Source: Hemiscyllium ocellatum
Lineage: Eukaryota
NCBI RefSeq assembly: GCF_020745735.1
Contig: NC_083427.1
Span: forward strand, 6,727,438-6,791,437
Direction of reading: 5' to 3'
DNA: 64,000 bases
Below are positions 22,205-35,019 of this stretch, piece after piece. A program made the translations under genes and the position numbers. The notes beneath the pieces were generated by a model, which saw nothing but the letters and a program-made list of their open reading frames with translations, was not told the origin of the DNA and did no database searches. How positions within the stretch are numbered: the stretch's first letter is position 1; every line of letters starts with the position of its first letter.

Positions 22205-23610
22205 CAGAGACATAGAGCACGGAAACAGACCCTTCGGTCCAACCCGTCCATGCCGACCCGATATCCCAACCCAATCTCGTCCCACCTGCCAGCACCCGGC
22301 CCATCTCCCTCCAAACCCTTCCTATTCATATACCCATCCAGATGCCTCTTAAATGTTGCAATTGTACCAGCCTCCACCACTTCCTCTGGCAGCTCATTCC
22401 ATACCCGTACCACCCTCTGCGTGAAAAAAGTTACCCCTCAGGTCCCTTCCAAATATTTCTCCTCTCAACCTAAACCTCACCCCACCCCAGGGAAAATACT
22501 TTCTCTATTTACCTCATCCATGCCCCTCATGATTTTATAAACCTCTATAAAAGGTCACCCCTCAGCCTCCAACGTGCCAGGGAAAACAGCCCCAGCTTAT
22601 TCAAATCTTCCAATCCTGGCAACATCCTTGTAAATCTTTTCTGAACCCTTTCGAGTTTCACAACATCTTTCCAATAGGAAGGAGACCAGAACTGCACGCA
22701 ATATTCCAACAGTGGCCGAACCAATGTCCTGTACAGCCGCAACATGACCTCCCAACTCCTGTACTCAATACTCTGACCAATAAAGGAAAGCATACCAAAC
22801 GCCTTCTTCACAATCCTATCTCCCTGCGACTCCACTTTCCAGGAGCTATGAACCTGCACTCCAAGGTCTCTTTGTTCAGCAACTCTCCCTAGGACCTTAC
22901 CATTAAGGGTATAAGTCCTGCTAAGATTTGCTTTCCCAAAATGCAGCACCTCACATTTATCTGAATTAAACTCCATCTGCCACTTCTCAGCCCATTGGCC
23001 CATTTGATCAAGATCCTGTTGTAATCTTGATAACCCTCTTCACTGTCCACTACACCTCCAATTTTGGTGTCATCTGCAAACTTATTAACTGTACCTCTTA
23101 TGCTCGCATCCAAATCATTTGTGCAAATGACAAAAAGTAGAGGGCCCAGTGCTGGTCCTTATGGCACTCCACAGGTCACAGGCCTCCAGTCTGAAAAAAA
23201 ACCCTCCACCACCCTCTGTCTTCTACCTTTGAGCCAGTTCTGTATCCAAATGACTAGTTCTCCCTGTATTCCATGAGATGTAACCTTGCTAACCAGTCTC
23301 CCATGGGGAACCTTGTCGAATGCCTTACTGAAGTCCATAGAGATCACATTTTTCGCTCAGCCTTCAACAATCCTCTTGGTTACTTCTTCAAAAAAAAAAC
23401 TCAATCAAGTTTGTGAGACATGATCTCCCACGCACAAAGCCATGCTGACTATCCCTAATCAGTCCTTGCCTTTCCACATACATGTACATCCTGTCCCTCA
23501 GGATTCCCTCCAACAACTTGCCCACCACCGAGGTCAGGCTCACCGGTCTATCGTTCCCTGGCTTGTCCTTACCACCTTTCTTAAACAGTGGCACCACGTT
23601 AGCCAACCCA
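22205..23610 (-). mobile_element. CR1 (HER1-like) LINE, RT to 3' end
   Basis: ANVVPLFKKG..RPVSLTSVVGK, SQHGF..RSCLTNL, MDFSKAFDKVPH, KFADDTKIGG and LEYCVQFWSP in broken frames. Confidence 0.92.
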
Positions 23611-24159
23611 GAGTCACGAGTGGCTGGGAGAAGAAGGATAAGATGCACCAGAATCGGACGGGGCACCCATATCCTGGTGGGGACATTGGCTGGTGCTACT
23701 CAGGAAGCTTTGGACTGGTAAGGGCTGGGAGGGGGAGGGGCGGGGGAATTTCCAGACCCAAAGAGGCACTGAGAAAAAGAGATAACTCCGAGGCTTGTAC
23801 AGTACCTGGGGGGGGGCAAGTTAAATAAGTCAAGGCAGGAAATAGGATGGCAACAGCCGAGGTAAGACGGAGGTGACAAGGTGAGAACGAGCCCTTGTTG
23901 GGGAGGGAGAGCCCGGCATGACTCAGCACTGCAGAAGATCTGTGATGTTGAGGTTCTCACTTTGTACCTTTGTTCCGAAGATGGCACCGGGTACGATGAC
24001 TCTGGGCACTATCAACGCACACTCCTGTCTCCCTGCACTTGAGTACACACGGTAGTTACAATCTAACTCTAATTTTAATTCCAGTAAAGTCGAATTCTAA
24101 CACAGATAAATGAAACCATTTATTTCAAAACATGAGGCTTGACTGGTGACGCAAACGGT

Positions 24160-25370
24160 TGAGAACATAGAACGTTCCAGCGCAGTACAAGCCCTTCGGC
24201 CCTCGATGCTGCGCCAACCTGTGGAACCAATCTGAAGCCCATCTATTCTTCACTATTCCATTCTCATCCATATGCCTATCCAATGACCATTTAAATGCCC
24301 TTAAAGTTGGAGAGTCTACTCCTGTTGCAGGCAGGGCATTCCACACCCCTAGTACTTCCTGAGTAAAGAAACTACCTCTGACATCTGTCCTATATCTATC
24401 AGCCCTCAGTTTAAAGCTTTGTCCCCTCATGCTAGTCATCACCATCTGAAGAAAAAGGCTCTCCCTGTCCACCCTATCTACCCCTCTGATTATCTTATAT
24501 GTCTCAATGAAGTCACCTCTCAATCGTCTTCCCTCTCACGAAAACAGCCTCAAGTCCCTCAGTCTTTCCTTGTAAGACCTTCCCTCCAGACCAGCCAACA
24601 TCCTGGCAAATCTCCTCTGAACCCTTTCCATCTTACCTGTGTCTCTCTGTAACATGCAACATCCTTCGGCACTATCCACAACTCCACCGACCTTAGTGTC
24701 ATCCGCAAATTTACTAACCCATCCTTCTACACCCTCATCCAGGTCATTTATAAAGCTGACAAACAGCAGTAGCCCCAAATCACATCCTTGTGGTACCTTC
24801 ATATTAAATGAACTCCAGCATGAACATTTCCCATCAACCACAACCTTCTGTCTTCTTTCAGCTAGCCAATTTCTGATCCAAACCGCTAAATCACTCTCAA
24901 TCCCAATCCTTTGTATTTTGTGCAATAACCTACCGTAGGAACCTTACCAAATGCCTGGCTGAAATCCATAATCACTACATCAACCACTTTACCCTCATCC
25001 ACCTGTTTGGTCAACTTCGCAAAGAACTCAACAAGGTTTGTGAGGCACCCTTCACAAAACCGTGTTGACTATCCCTAATCAACCTATTCCTCTCAGGATT
25101 TATAATCATCCAATCGCTTACAACCCTTTCCAACACTTTACCCACAACCAAAGCTCACTGGTCTATCGTTTCCAGGGGTGTGTCTCTACACCCCTTGTTA
25201 AACAAGGGAACAGCATTTGCTATCCTCCAGTCTACTGGCACTAATCCTTTGGACAATGACGACATAAAGATCAAAGCCAAAGGCTCAGCAATCTCCTCCC
25301 TGGCTTCCCAGAGAATCCTAGGATGAATCTCTTCCAGCACAAGGGACTTATCTATATTCATGCTTTCCAG
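24160..25370 (-). mobile_element. CR1 LINE, RT to 3' end
   Basis: FINDLDEGVEGWVSKFADDTKVGG and WRIANAVPLF remnants. Confidence 0.9.
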
Positions 25371-25374
25371 AATG

Positions 25375-27490
25375 GGACTGGGATGTCTTAACAGTCACAG
25401 AAAATTGGCTCAGGGATGGATAGGACTGGCAGCAGAATGTTCCATGGGATGGATGGTATAGGAAAGATAGAAAGAGGGGAGCAAGAGAGGAGGGGGAGTG
25501 CATTTTTAGTTAAGGATAACATTACTGCTTTACTTAGGGGAGAATATTCCTCAGGGAATGGTCGCATTCAGAATACTGTGTACAGTTCTGGGCGCCACAT
25601 TACCAAAAGGATGTGGACGTTTTGGAGAGGGTGCAGAGAAGGTTTATGAGGATGTTGCCTGGTATGGAAGGTGTTAGCTATGAAGAGATGTTGAGTAGGT
25701 TAGGATTATTTTCATTAGAAAAAAGGAGATTGAGGTTTACAAAATCATGAAGGGTATAGACAGGGTGGATAGAGACAAGCTTTTTCCCAGGACGAAGGAT
25801 TCGATAATGAGAGATCATGCTTTCAAGGTGAGAGGTGGAAAGTTTAAGGAGGATACACGCGGCAAGTACTTCCCACAGAGGGTGGTGGGCGTTTGGAACG
25901 CGTTGCCAGCAGAGGTGGTAGAGGCAGGCACGGTAGAGCCATTTAAGATACGTCTGGATAAATGCATGAGTACGTGGGGAGCAGAGGGTTACAGATGCTT
26001 AGGAATTGGGCGATAGGTTTAGACGGTGGATTTGGATCGGCTCAGGCTTAGAGGGCCAAAGGGTCTGTTCCTGGGCTGTACATTTTCTTTGCTCTTCTTT
26101 GAATATCCAGTGAAGCTATTTGCATGGAACTGAGAAATAAGAAAGGGATAATCACCTTTTTGGGATTGTACTATAGGGCCCCCTCCACAGTCAGTGAGAA
26201 ACTGAGAAGCAAATGTGTTAGGAGATCTCAGATATCTGTCAGAATAATAGGGGTGTAAAGAGAGAGGATTTTAATGCCCCCAGCACAGACTAGGACTGCC
26301 ATAGCATTAAGGGCTTATTGATTCACACAGCATGGAAAAAGACTCTATGGTCTGCACCTACAAATATCTCAACATTTGGCTGCGACAGAAGTGGTGGAGG
26401 CTGGTTCAACTGCAACATTTAAGAGGCATTTGGATGGGTATATGAATAGGAAGGGTTTGGAGGGATATGGGCCGGGTGCTGGCAGGTGGGACTAGATTGG
26501 GTTGGGATATCTGGTCACCATGGACGGGTTGGACCGAAGGGTCTGTTTCCATGTTGTACATCTCTATGACTCCAGGGAAGAAACGGCCCCAGCCTCTCCC
26601 GAGAACTCAAACCCTCCAGTTCCAGCAACATCCTTGTAAATCTTTCCTGCACCTTCTCAAGTTTTACAACATCCTTCCTCTAGAAAGAGGACCAGAATTA
26701 TACACTGTGTTCCCAAAGTGGCCTCAATAATGTCCTGTACAGCATCCCAAGAGGAAGTTAAGTGTGTCCCAACAAAAATTCTTATTCTATATGCGGATGT
26801 ACCTATCAGAGAAAGAGTAAACTTTGCTCTTTTCTTGGGAACATAGAACATAGAAAAATACAGCGCAGTACAGGCCCTTTGGCCCTCGATGTTGTGCCGA
26901 GCCAAGCCCACCTAACCTACACTAGCCCACTATCCTCCATATGCCTATCCAATGCCCATTTAAATGCCCATAAAGAGGGAGAGTCCACCACTGCTACTGG
27001 CAGGGCATTCCATGAACTCACGACTCGCTGAGTAAAGAATCTACCCCTAACATCAGTCCTATACCTACCACCCCTTAATTTAAAGCTGTGCCCCCTCGTA
27101 ATAGCCGACTCCTGAGGAACAGGATGTACATGTATTTGGAAAGGCAAGGACTGATTAGGGACAATCAACATTGCTTTGTGCGTGGGAAGGGACTGAGATG
27201 TCAGGTTGGGGAAGCACTTTAAAGCAAGTGATCTCAATTGTCTTAATTTTAAAATAGCTATGGAGAAGGATCGACTGGATCTAAAAGTTAAAAGTTCCAA
27301 GTTGACCAATTTCGATGACATCAGGCAGGAACATTCGAAAGTTGATTGGGGGAGGCTGTTTGCAGGTGAGAGGACAGGTGGAAAGGGGAAGACATGCAAA
27401 AATGAGACAAGTGTTCAGGGACAGGATGCTCCTGCTAGTGTGGTCAAGAAAAAAGCAGCAAGTATCAGGGATAGACAGCTGGGATTGAAT
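25375..27490. mobile_element. Mosaic of nested CR1 fragments on both strands
   Basis: Endonuclease-region remnants (25375-25560, 26100-26310) and 3' ends (25560-26095 +, 26385-26572 +, 26572-26750 -, 26838-27105 -). Confidence 0.7.
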
Positions 27491-27494
27491 TAGG

Positions 27495-27807
27495 TTAGAT
27501 TTAGATTACTTACAGTGAGGAAACAGGCCCTTCGGCCCAACAGGTCCACAACGACCCGCCGAAGCGCAACCCACCCATACCCCTACATAACCCCTTACAT
27601 AACACTACGGGCAATTTAGCATGGCCAATTCACCTGACCTGCACATCTTTGGACTGTGGGAGGAAACCGGAGCACCTGGAGGAAACCCACGCTGACACGG
27701 GGAGAACGTGCAAACTCTACACAGTCAGTCGCCTGAGTCGGGAATTGAACCCGGGTCTCAGGCGCTGTGAGGCAGCAGTGCTAACCACTGTGCCATCGTG
27801 CCGCCCA
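27495..27807 (-). mobile_element. Full-length V-SINE
   Basis: gggcggcacgatggcacagtggttagc head, V-domain and taatct tail. Confidence 0.9.
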
Positions 27808-27819
27808 CAAATGATTCCC

Positions 27820-30060
27820 TTGAGGAGTAAGAAGGCAGTAGGGGTTTCACTTAAGAGGGAAATCAGGAGGGCAAAAAGGGAACCTGAGGTGGTTTTGGAA
27901 AATAGGGTCAAGGAGAATCCAAAGCAATTCTCGAAACACATTCAGGACAAAAGCGAGAGAACAGGACACATTACAGACCAACGAGGCCAGCTATGTGTGG
28001 AATCACAGGAAGTGGCTGACGTGCTCAACAAATTTTTTTTGTGTGTCAGTATTTACCGTAGAGAAGGACCTGGAAGCCAGGGAACTTGGGGAAATAAATA
28101 GCGATGCCTTGAAAAACGTCTGTCTTTCAAAAGGGGTGGTGCTGGAGGTTTTAAAATGCATAAAGGTAGATAAATCCCCGGGACCTGATCAGGTGTATGC
28201 CAGAACTCTGTGGGAAACTAGGGAAAAGAGTGCTAGGTCCCTTGCTGAGATATTTGATTACATTTAATAGATATGGGCGAGGTGCCAACAGACTTGACGG
28301 TGGCTAATGTAGAGCCATTATTTAAGCAGAAGCCAGGCATCTGTAGACCAGTGAGCCTGATGTCAGTGGTGGGTAAGTTGTTGGAGGGAATCTGAGGGGC
28401 AGGACGTACATGTATTTGGAAAGGCAAGGACTGATTCGGGACAATCAACATTGCTTTGTGCGTGGGAAATCATGTCTCACAAACTTGATTGAGTTCTTTT
28501 GACGAGGTGGCAAAAATAGATAGATGATGAAAGAGCGGTAGGTATTTCTACATGGGCTTCAGCAAGACATCTGACAAGGTTCCACATGGTAGAATGATTA
28601 GCAAGGTTCGATCACATGAGATCCAGGGGGAGCTAGCCAATTGGTTACAAATTTGGCTTGATGGTAGGAGACAGAGGGTGGTGGTAGAGGGTTGCTTTTC
28701 AGACTGGAGGCCTGTGAACAGCAGCTTAATGCAAGGATCAGAACTGGGTCAACTGCTTTTCATCGTTGATATAAATGATTTTGATGTGCACACGTTGTGG
28801 AAGAATCGTTCAATGTTGCACAAAGAATTACCAGGAGACGCAGAAAATCCTTCACGAAATGAAACTTTAATCTTGCAAAATCAAAGCTGTGGGAGCCAGC
28901 AAAATGTCTTCCCAGGCTCCACCACCCCCCGTTAAATTACTGGAGATGAGCTAGTGCTGAAGATGACGCTGTTGTAGTTTGATAGGCCATTAACCTAGTC
29001 ATCGCCCAGTAAGCTAACAAGCCTATCACAACGCAACACCATTATCTGTTACTGGAACCCTGTAACATGATCCCTTGCATACACTACAATACTACGTTAA
29101 CTACATTACTGCCGTAATAACTTCCATACACATAGGAGGTATGGTTAGTAAGTTTGCAGATGACACCAAAACTGCCGGTGTAGTGGACAACAAAGAGGGT
29201 TAGCTCAGAGGACAGCAGGACATTGATCAGATGGGCTAATGGGCCAAGGAGTGGCAGACGGAGTTTAATTTCGATAAATGTGAGATGTTGTATTTTGGCA
29301 AGGCAACCTAGAGCCGGGCTTACACAGTTAAATGGTCGGGCCCTAGGGAGCGTCGGCAAATAAAGAAACCAAGGTACATAATTCCTTGAAAAGTGGAGTC
29401 GCAGGTAGAGTGGGTGGTGAAGAAAGCATTTGTCACGCTTGCCTTCATTGGTCAGAAGATCGAGGATACGAATTGGCTATCGTGTCACGGCTGTACAGGA
29501 CACCGGTGAGGCCATTTTTAGAATACTGCATTCAATTCTGGTCTCCCTGCTGTTAAGAATATATTGTTAATCATGAAAGAGCTCAGAAAAGATCTACAAA
29601 AGATTGGAGGGAAGGGTCTGAAGAGGCTTTTTTTTTCATTGAAGCTTTTAAACCTTCCCCTCAGAGCCTGAGGTACCTTATAGAAATTTATAAACCAGGT
29701 TTATAAAATCAGGAAGGGCATGGATAAAGTGAGTAACAAGATAAATTTCCCCAGAGTAGAGGAATACAAAACTAGAAGGCATAAGTTTAAGATGAGAGGG
29801 GAAAGGTTTAAACGGGACCAGAGTCAAACTTTTCCATGCAGAGGGTAGCGTGTATATGGAACAAGCTACTGGAGGTGATAGTGAAGGCGGGTACAATTCC
29901 AACATTTGAAAGGCTCTGGATGGGTATATGAATAGGAAGGGTTCAGAGGCATATGGGCCAAATGTTTGCAAATGGGACTAGATCAGATTTAGGATATCTG
30001 GTCAGCATGGTGGAGTTGGAGCTACGGGTCTGTTTCCATGCTTTATAGCTCTATGTCTAT
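27820..30060 (+). mobile_element. Degenerate CR1 LINE (ORF2 to 3' end) with an unrelated insert at ~28790-29130
   Basis: KVDKSPGPD, DKVPHGR..SKVRSH, KFADDTK remnants and CR1 tail. Confidence 0.8.
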
Positions 30061-30171
30061 GTGGACACTATGTCAAGAAATAAATAACACAGCTACAGTA
30101 CCAGATTCTACTACCAGAAGTTATTACTGAAGTACAAGTACTAATTTTAATACGAACCAACATGCTTTTGG

Positions 30172-30500
30172 GACAGCATGGTTCCTCAGTGGTTAGCTTT
30201 GCTGCCTCACAGTGTCAGGGACCCAGGTTCAATTCCAGCCTCAGGCGACTGTCTGTGTGGAGTTTGTACATCCTCCCGGTGTCTGCATGTGCTCCTCTTT
30301 CCTCCCACAACCCAAATATGTGCAGGTTTGGGTGGATTAGCCATGACAAATTGCCCTTGGTGTTCAGGGATATGTAGGTTAGGTGCATTAGTCAGAGGTA
30401 TATAGGGTAGGAGCCATGGATCTGGGTGGGTTACCCTTCAGAGGGTCAGTGTGGACTTGTTGGGCCGAAGGGCCTGTTTCTACACTGTATGGGATTCTAT
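30172..30500 (+). mobile_element. V-SINE
   Basis: A and B boxes, V-domain, 3' tail. Confidence 0.85.
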
Positions 30501-30759
30501 GGTTTTTCCTGGCCCCTTAAATGTTCTCCATCCCCGGAGGAAAACATCCTTGAGTAACGAAGGGTAGGAACGAGATCACGCTTTTACCTAGACAAATAAA
30601 TGGGTCAAACAGTGGGAGCAAAGGAGGTCAATGTCTTTCAGAGAGACCTTGGCCAACCTTTCCAGACACTGACCCCTGGCTGGATTCACTTCCTTTTTAA
30701 AAATAAATTAACCCCAGAATGAGAAAATCAACAGAAACAGGGAGAAAAGAAAGTGTTGA

Positions 30760-31140
30760 ACTCACAGTTGGGACACAGAGGAAGTTGCAGTCTGGGTGGA
30801 GCTCAATCTTCATTCAGAGAGAGAGTAGGATCAGCAACATCTTGACTGGGACACCTTCCAATGCCCATTGTCCAACGTCCGCATTCAGACAATAGGACCG
30901 CTCTGATTGGTTGGAGGACCAGACCCCTTCCGGTCATCCAAGGCTCTCCATTGGTCAGATGCAAAGCGCGAGCTGACAAAGGGGGAGAAAACGCAATTGC
31001 CACATTGCGCACATGCGCGGTCGCTCAGCCGTCTTCCCATGCGCAGTCCGCCCCCGCAGCCCGTCCCAGGCACGGAGCGCTTTCCAGCTCGCAGTGCACT
31101 ATGGGCCTTCACGCCGCCATGACCCGAGCGCACGCTCCGA
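30760..31140 (-). promoter_or_regulatory. Candidate promoter and first exon of ZNF-B
   Basis: Donor aact|gtgagt at 30766/30765; ATTGG boxes at ~30906 and ~30950; ETS-like cttccgg at ~30927; NRF1-like tgcgcacatgcgc at ~31007; CpG-rich. Confidence 0.55.
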
Positions 31141-31246
31141 AACCCTGTCATTGGGATGAGCAGATGGTGGGAATGGTTGAGGGCAAGTGTGTGCATGGGA
31201 CAAGGTCGCTGTAATTGGTGCTGCAGTTTGCTCCTGTCCTACCCAA

Positions 31247-33068
31247 CGTATCTCTGCAAACCTTGACACCACCCTGTTCCCCCTCAGTTCAGGAACTTCC
31301 CACCGACATTCAGCACACCACCCACCCCCTCCACCTCCTCCACGACTTTCGTTTCCGCGGCCCCCATTGCCCTATCTTCACCATGGACGTCCAGTCCCTG
31401 TACACATCTATCTGCCATGACAAAGGCCTCCAAACCCTCTGTTTCTTCCTCGCACGCCACCCCAGCCAATACCCTTCCACTGACACCCTCATCTGTCTGG
31501 CTGAATTAATCCTCACCCTCAACAATTTCTCTTTCCAATCCTCCCACTTCCTCCAGATCAAAGGGGGTAGCCATGGGCACCCGCATGGGCCCCAGCTGTG
31601 CCTGCCTCTTCATTGGGTAAGTGGAACAGTCCATCTTCCGCAGCTACACTAGCACCACCCCCACTTTTTCTTCCTACATTGATGACTGTATCGGCGCTAC
31701 CTTGTGCTCCCACTATGAAGTTGAACAGCTCATCAACTTCACACACACTTGCCACCCTGACCTCAAGTTCACCTGGACCATCTCAGACACTCCCCTCCCC
31801 TTCCTGGGCCCCTCCATCTCCATTTTCGGCGACCAACTCAACACGGACATCCCCTACAAACCCACGGACTCCCACAGCTAGCTGATCGCCACGTCCCCCA
31901 CGCTGCATCCTGCAAAAATGGTATCCCTTATTCCCAATTCTTCCACCTCCACTGCATCTGCTCCCAGGAAGACCAGTTCCGCCGTGGAGCATCCCAGATG
32001 GCCTCCTTCTTCAAAGACTGTAATTTCCCCTCCCACATGGTCAACAAGGGCCTCCCTGGATCTCCTCCCCTTCCCACACTTCCACTCTTGAACCCCATCC
32101 CTCCAATCGCAACAAGGACAGAACCCCTCTTGGTCCTCACCTTCCACCCCAGCAGCCTCCAGATACACCGCATCATCCTCCACCATTTCAGCCACCTAAA
32201 AATAGATGACACCAACAGGGAGGCATTTCTCTCCCACCCCTATCGGCATTCCAGAGAGACCATTCTCTCCACGACTCCCTTGTCAGTCCACAATCCAAAC
32301 CAACCCACCTTCCCCTCCCAGCACCTTGCCCTGACATCGCAAGAAGTGCAAAACCTGCACCCCCACCTCCCTCCTCACCTCTGTTTGAGGCCCCAAAGGA
32401 TAATTCCACATCCGTCAGCGGTTTACCTGTACTTCCACGCATGTCATCTACTGCATCCGTTGCACCTGACGTAGTCTCCTCTACATTGGGGAGACAGGAC
32501 GTCAACTTGTGGATTGTTTCAGAGAACATCTCCGGGACACCTGCAGTAACCAACTCCACCGTCCCGTGGCTGAACACTTTAACTCCCCCTCCCTCTCTGC
32601 AAAGGACATGCAGGTACAGGGCCTCCTCCATCAGCAAACTCTAACCACTCAATTGCTGGAGGAAGAACGCCTCATCTTCCACCTTGGGAACCTCCAACCA
32701 CACGGGACCAATGTGGATTTCACCAGGTTCCCCATTTCCCCACCGCCCAAGGTCCCACTCTTCCAACTCGGCACTGCCCTCTTGACCTGTCCAACTCGTC
32801 CATCTTCCTTCTCACCTATCCACTCCACCCTCCTCTTGACCTATCACCTTCACCCCGACCTTCATCTAAACATTGCACTTTCAGCTACCTTCCCCCCAGC
32901 CCTGTCCCCTCCCCGCCCCCTTGACCCACAAGCCTCATTCCTGATGAAGGGCTTCTGCCTGAAACGTCGACTCTCCAGCTCCTGGGATGCTGCCTAAATG
33001 GCTGTGCTTTTCCAGCACCACGCTCTTCACTTCTGATATCCAGCAACTGCAGTCCTCACCTTCTCCTC
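31247..33068 (+). mobile_element. Degenerate Penelope-like element (RT + GIY-YIG + hammerhead terminal repeat), probably Neptune-type
   Basis: MDVQSLYTSI, NNFSF..HFLQIKG.AMG, YIDD, Cys-rich KKCKTC linker, VIYCIRC/YIGETGR; near-intact hammerhead at 32937-32972. Confidence 0.9.
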
Positions 33069-33189
33069 CTTGAAGTTTGAAATGTTAACTCTATTCCTCT
33101 CTCAACAAAGTTTCTTCAGCTTCCTCTGTGTATGTGTGGGTAGTCACTGGAATTGCTGTGAGACCCCTTTAGCCAAGAGATAAGAAGAT

Positions 33190-33735
33190 TGGTTAGGCCA
33201 CTGTTGGAATATTGCATGCAATTCTGTTCTCCCTCCTATCAGAAGGATGTTGTGAAACTTGAAAGGGTTGAAAAAAGTTACAAGGAAGTTGCCAAGGTTG
33301 GAAGATTTGAGCTAAAGGGAGACGTTGAATAGGGTATGGCTGTTTTCCCTGGAGCATCGGAGGCTGAGGGGTGACCTTATAGAGGTTTATAAAATCATGA
33401 GGGGCATGGATAGGATAAATAGAGAATGTCTTTTCCCTGGGGTGGGGGAGTCCAGAGCTAACGAGCATAGGGTTAAGATGAGAGGAGAAAAAGTTTAAAA
33501 GAGCTGGAGGAGCACCTTTTTCACACAGAGGGTGGTGCGTGTAAGGAATGAGCTGTCAGAGGAAGTGGTGGAGGCTGGTACAATTACAACATTTCAAAGG
33601 CATCTGGATGGGTATATGAATAGGAAGGGTTTAGTGGGATATGGGCCAAGTGCTGGCAAATAGGACTAGATTATCGTCAGCATGGACGAGTTGGGCCAAA
33701 GGGTCTGTTTCTGTGCTGTACATCTCTATGACTCT
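33190..33735 (+). mobile_element. CR1 LINE 3' fragment
   Basis: VRPLLEYC.QF remnant and tail catctctatgactct. Confidence 0.85.
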
Positions 33736-34293
33736 GTGTTGTGAATGGTCGAGGCAACGATCCCAACATTGAACAATGTCCCTGTAAGTGGTGCTGATTA
33801 ATAGTCACATTGTCTTTGAAACATTAACTCTGCTTTTCTCTCAACAGATGCTACCAGAGCTGCCGAGTTTTTTTTTCAGCTTCCTCTGTGACCATGTGTG
33901 TAGTCACTGGAATTGATTGTCAGACCCCTTTAGCCAATGAGAGTTACGATTTCTGATAGAAAGATTTGGCACAAAAAACCCCCAAAGAATTGTGGGTGCA
34001 GGAAATTAGAAACAAAAAGCAAAAACAGAAATTGCTGGACAAACTCAGCAGCTCTGGCAGCATCTTTGGGGAGAAATCAGAATTGACAATTTAGGTCCAG
34101 TGACCTTTGTAAGAACACAGAGTTTTTCCATCAATTTCTGTTTTTTTGTTTGTTTGTTTTCATTGATGGTAACGCTCTCCATGCCTGGGTGATATATTGT
34201 GGAGGACAATAGATGACTGTGAAACGGGACCAACGATTCACGTCCTTCTGGGAAGGGAAATTGGGCTGAAATCCAGGAGAAGGATTGTTTTAT

Positions 34294-34570
34294 GGGCAGC
34301 ATGGTGGCTCAGTGGTTAGCACTGCTGCCTCAAAACACCAGGGTCCCAGGTTCAATTCCAATCTCGGGTGACTGTGTGGAGTTTGTACGTTCTCCCAGTG
34401 TTCCGATTTCCTCCCACAGCACGCAAAGATGTGCAGGTCAGTGAACTGGCCGTGCTAAATTGCCCATAGTGTTAGGTGCATTAGTCAGAGGGAGACAGGT
34501 CTGGGTGTGTTGCTGCTCGGAGGGTTGGTGTGGACCTGGTGGGTCGAATGGCCTGTTTCCACACTGTAGG
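34294..34570 (+). mobile_element. V-SINE
   Basis: gggcagcatggtggctcagtggttagc head and V-domain. Confidence 0.85.
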
Positions 34571-34824
34571 GAACTTAAATTTTAAAAAGTATACCAGTAA
34601 ATTGGAGACTATGTGGTCAGTATTTCTAGTTTGACAGTGGAAATTATGTTTACCTCAATTAGAATTATCTGTGCTGGATTTCTATCCTGTAGTGACAGAG
34701 GACTTGTCAACATGTAGTTCTAGTACTTTCCCCCAGTACATTGTCTCCAGTGATTACAATTGTTTCTGCATTATTTTAATTCATTTGATTTTGAAGGACT
34801 TCCTTTTGTTCATTCTACAGTGAA

Positions 34825-34920
34825 GTCTAGATTAGAGTGGTGCTGGAAAAGCACAGCAGATCAGGCAGCATCTGAGGAGCAGAAAAAATCAATGTTTCGG
34901 GCAAAAGCCTTTCATCAGGG
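34825..34920 (-). mobile_element. ~95-nt PLE mini-element beginning at a hammerhead core
   Basis: Imperfect TSD cattctacagtgaag / cattctacactaaag. Confidence 0.65.
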
Positions 34921-35019
34921 CATTCTACACTAAAGACAGGCTGTTTAGCTCAAACATCAGTTTCTTCTTTGCTTTAATTAATTCCCCTGTCTCACCAGGA
35001 CCATCTGCTTTTATAGTTC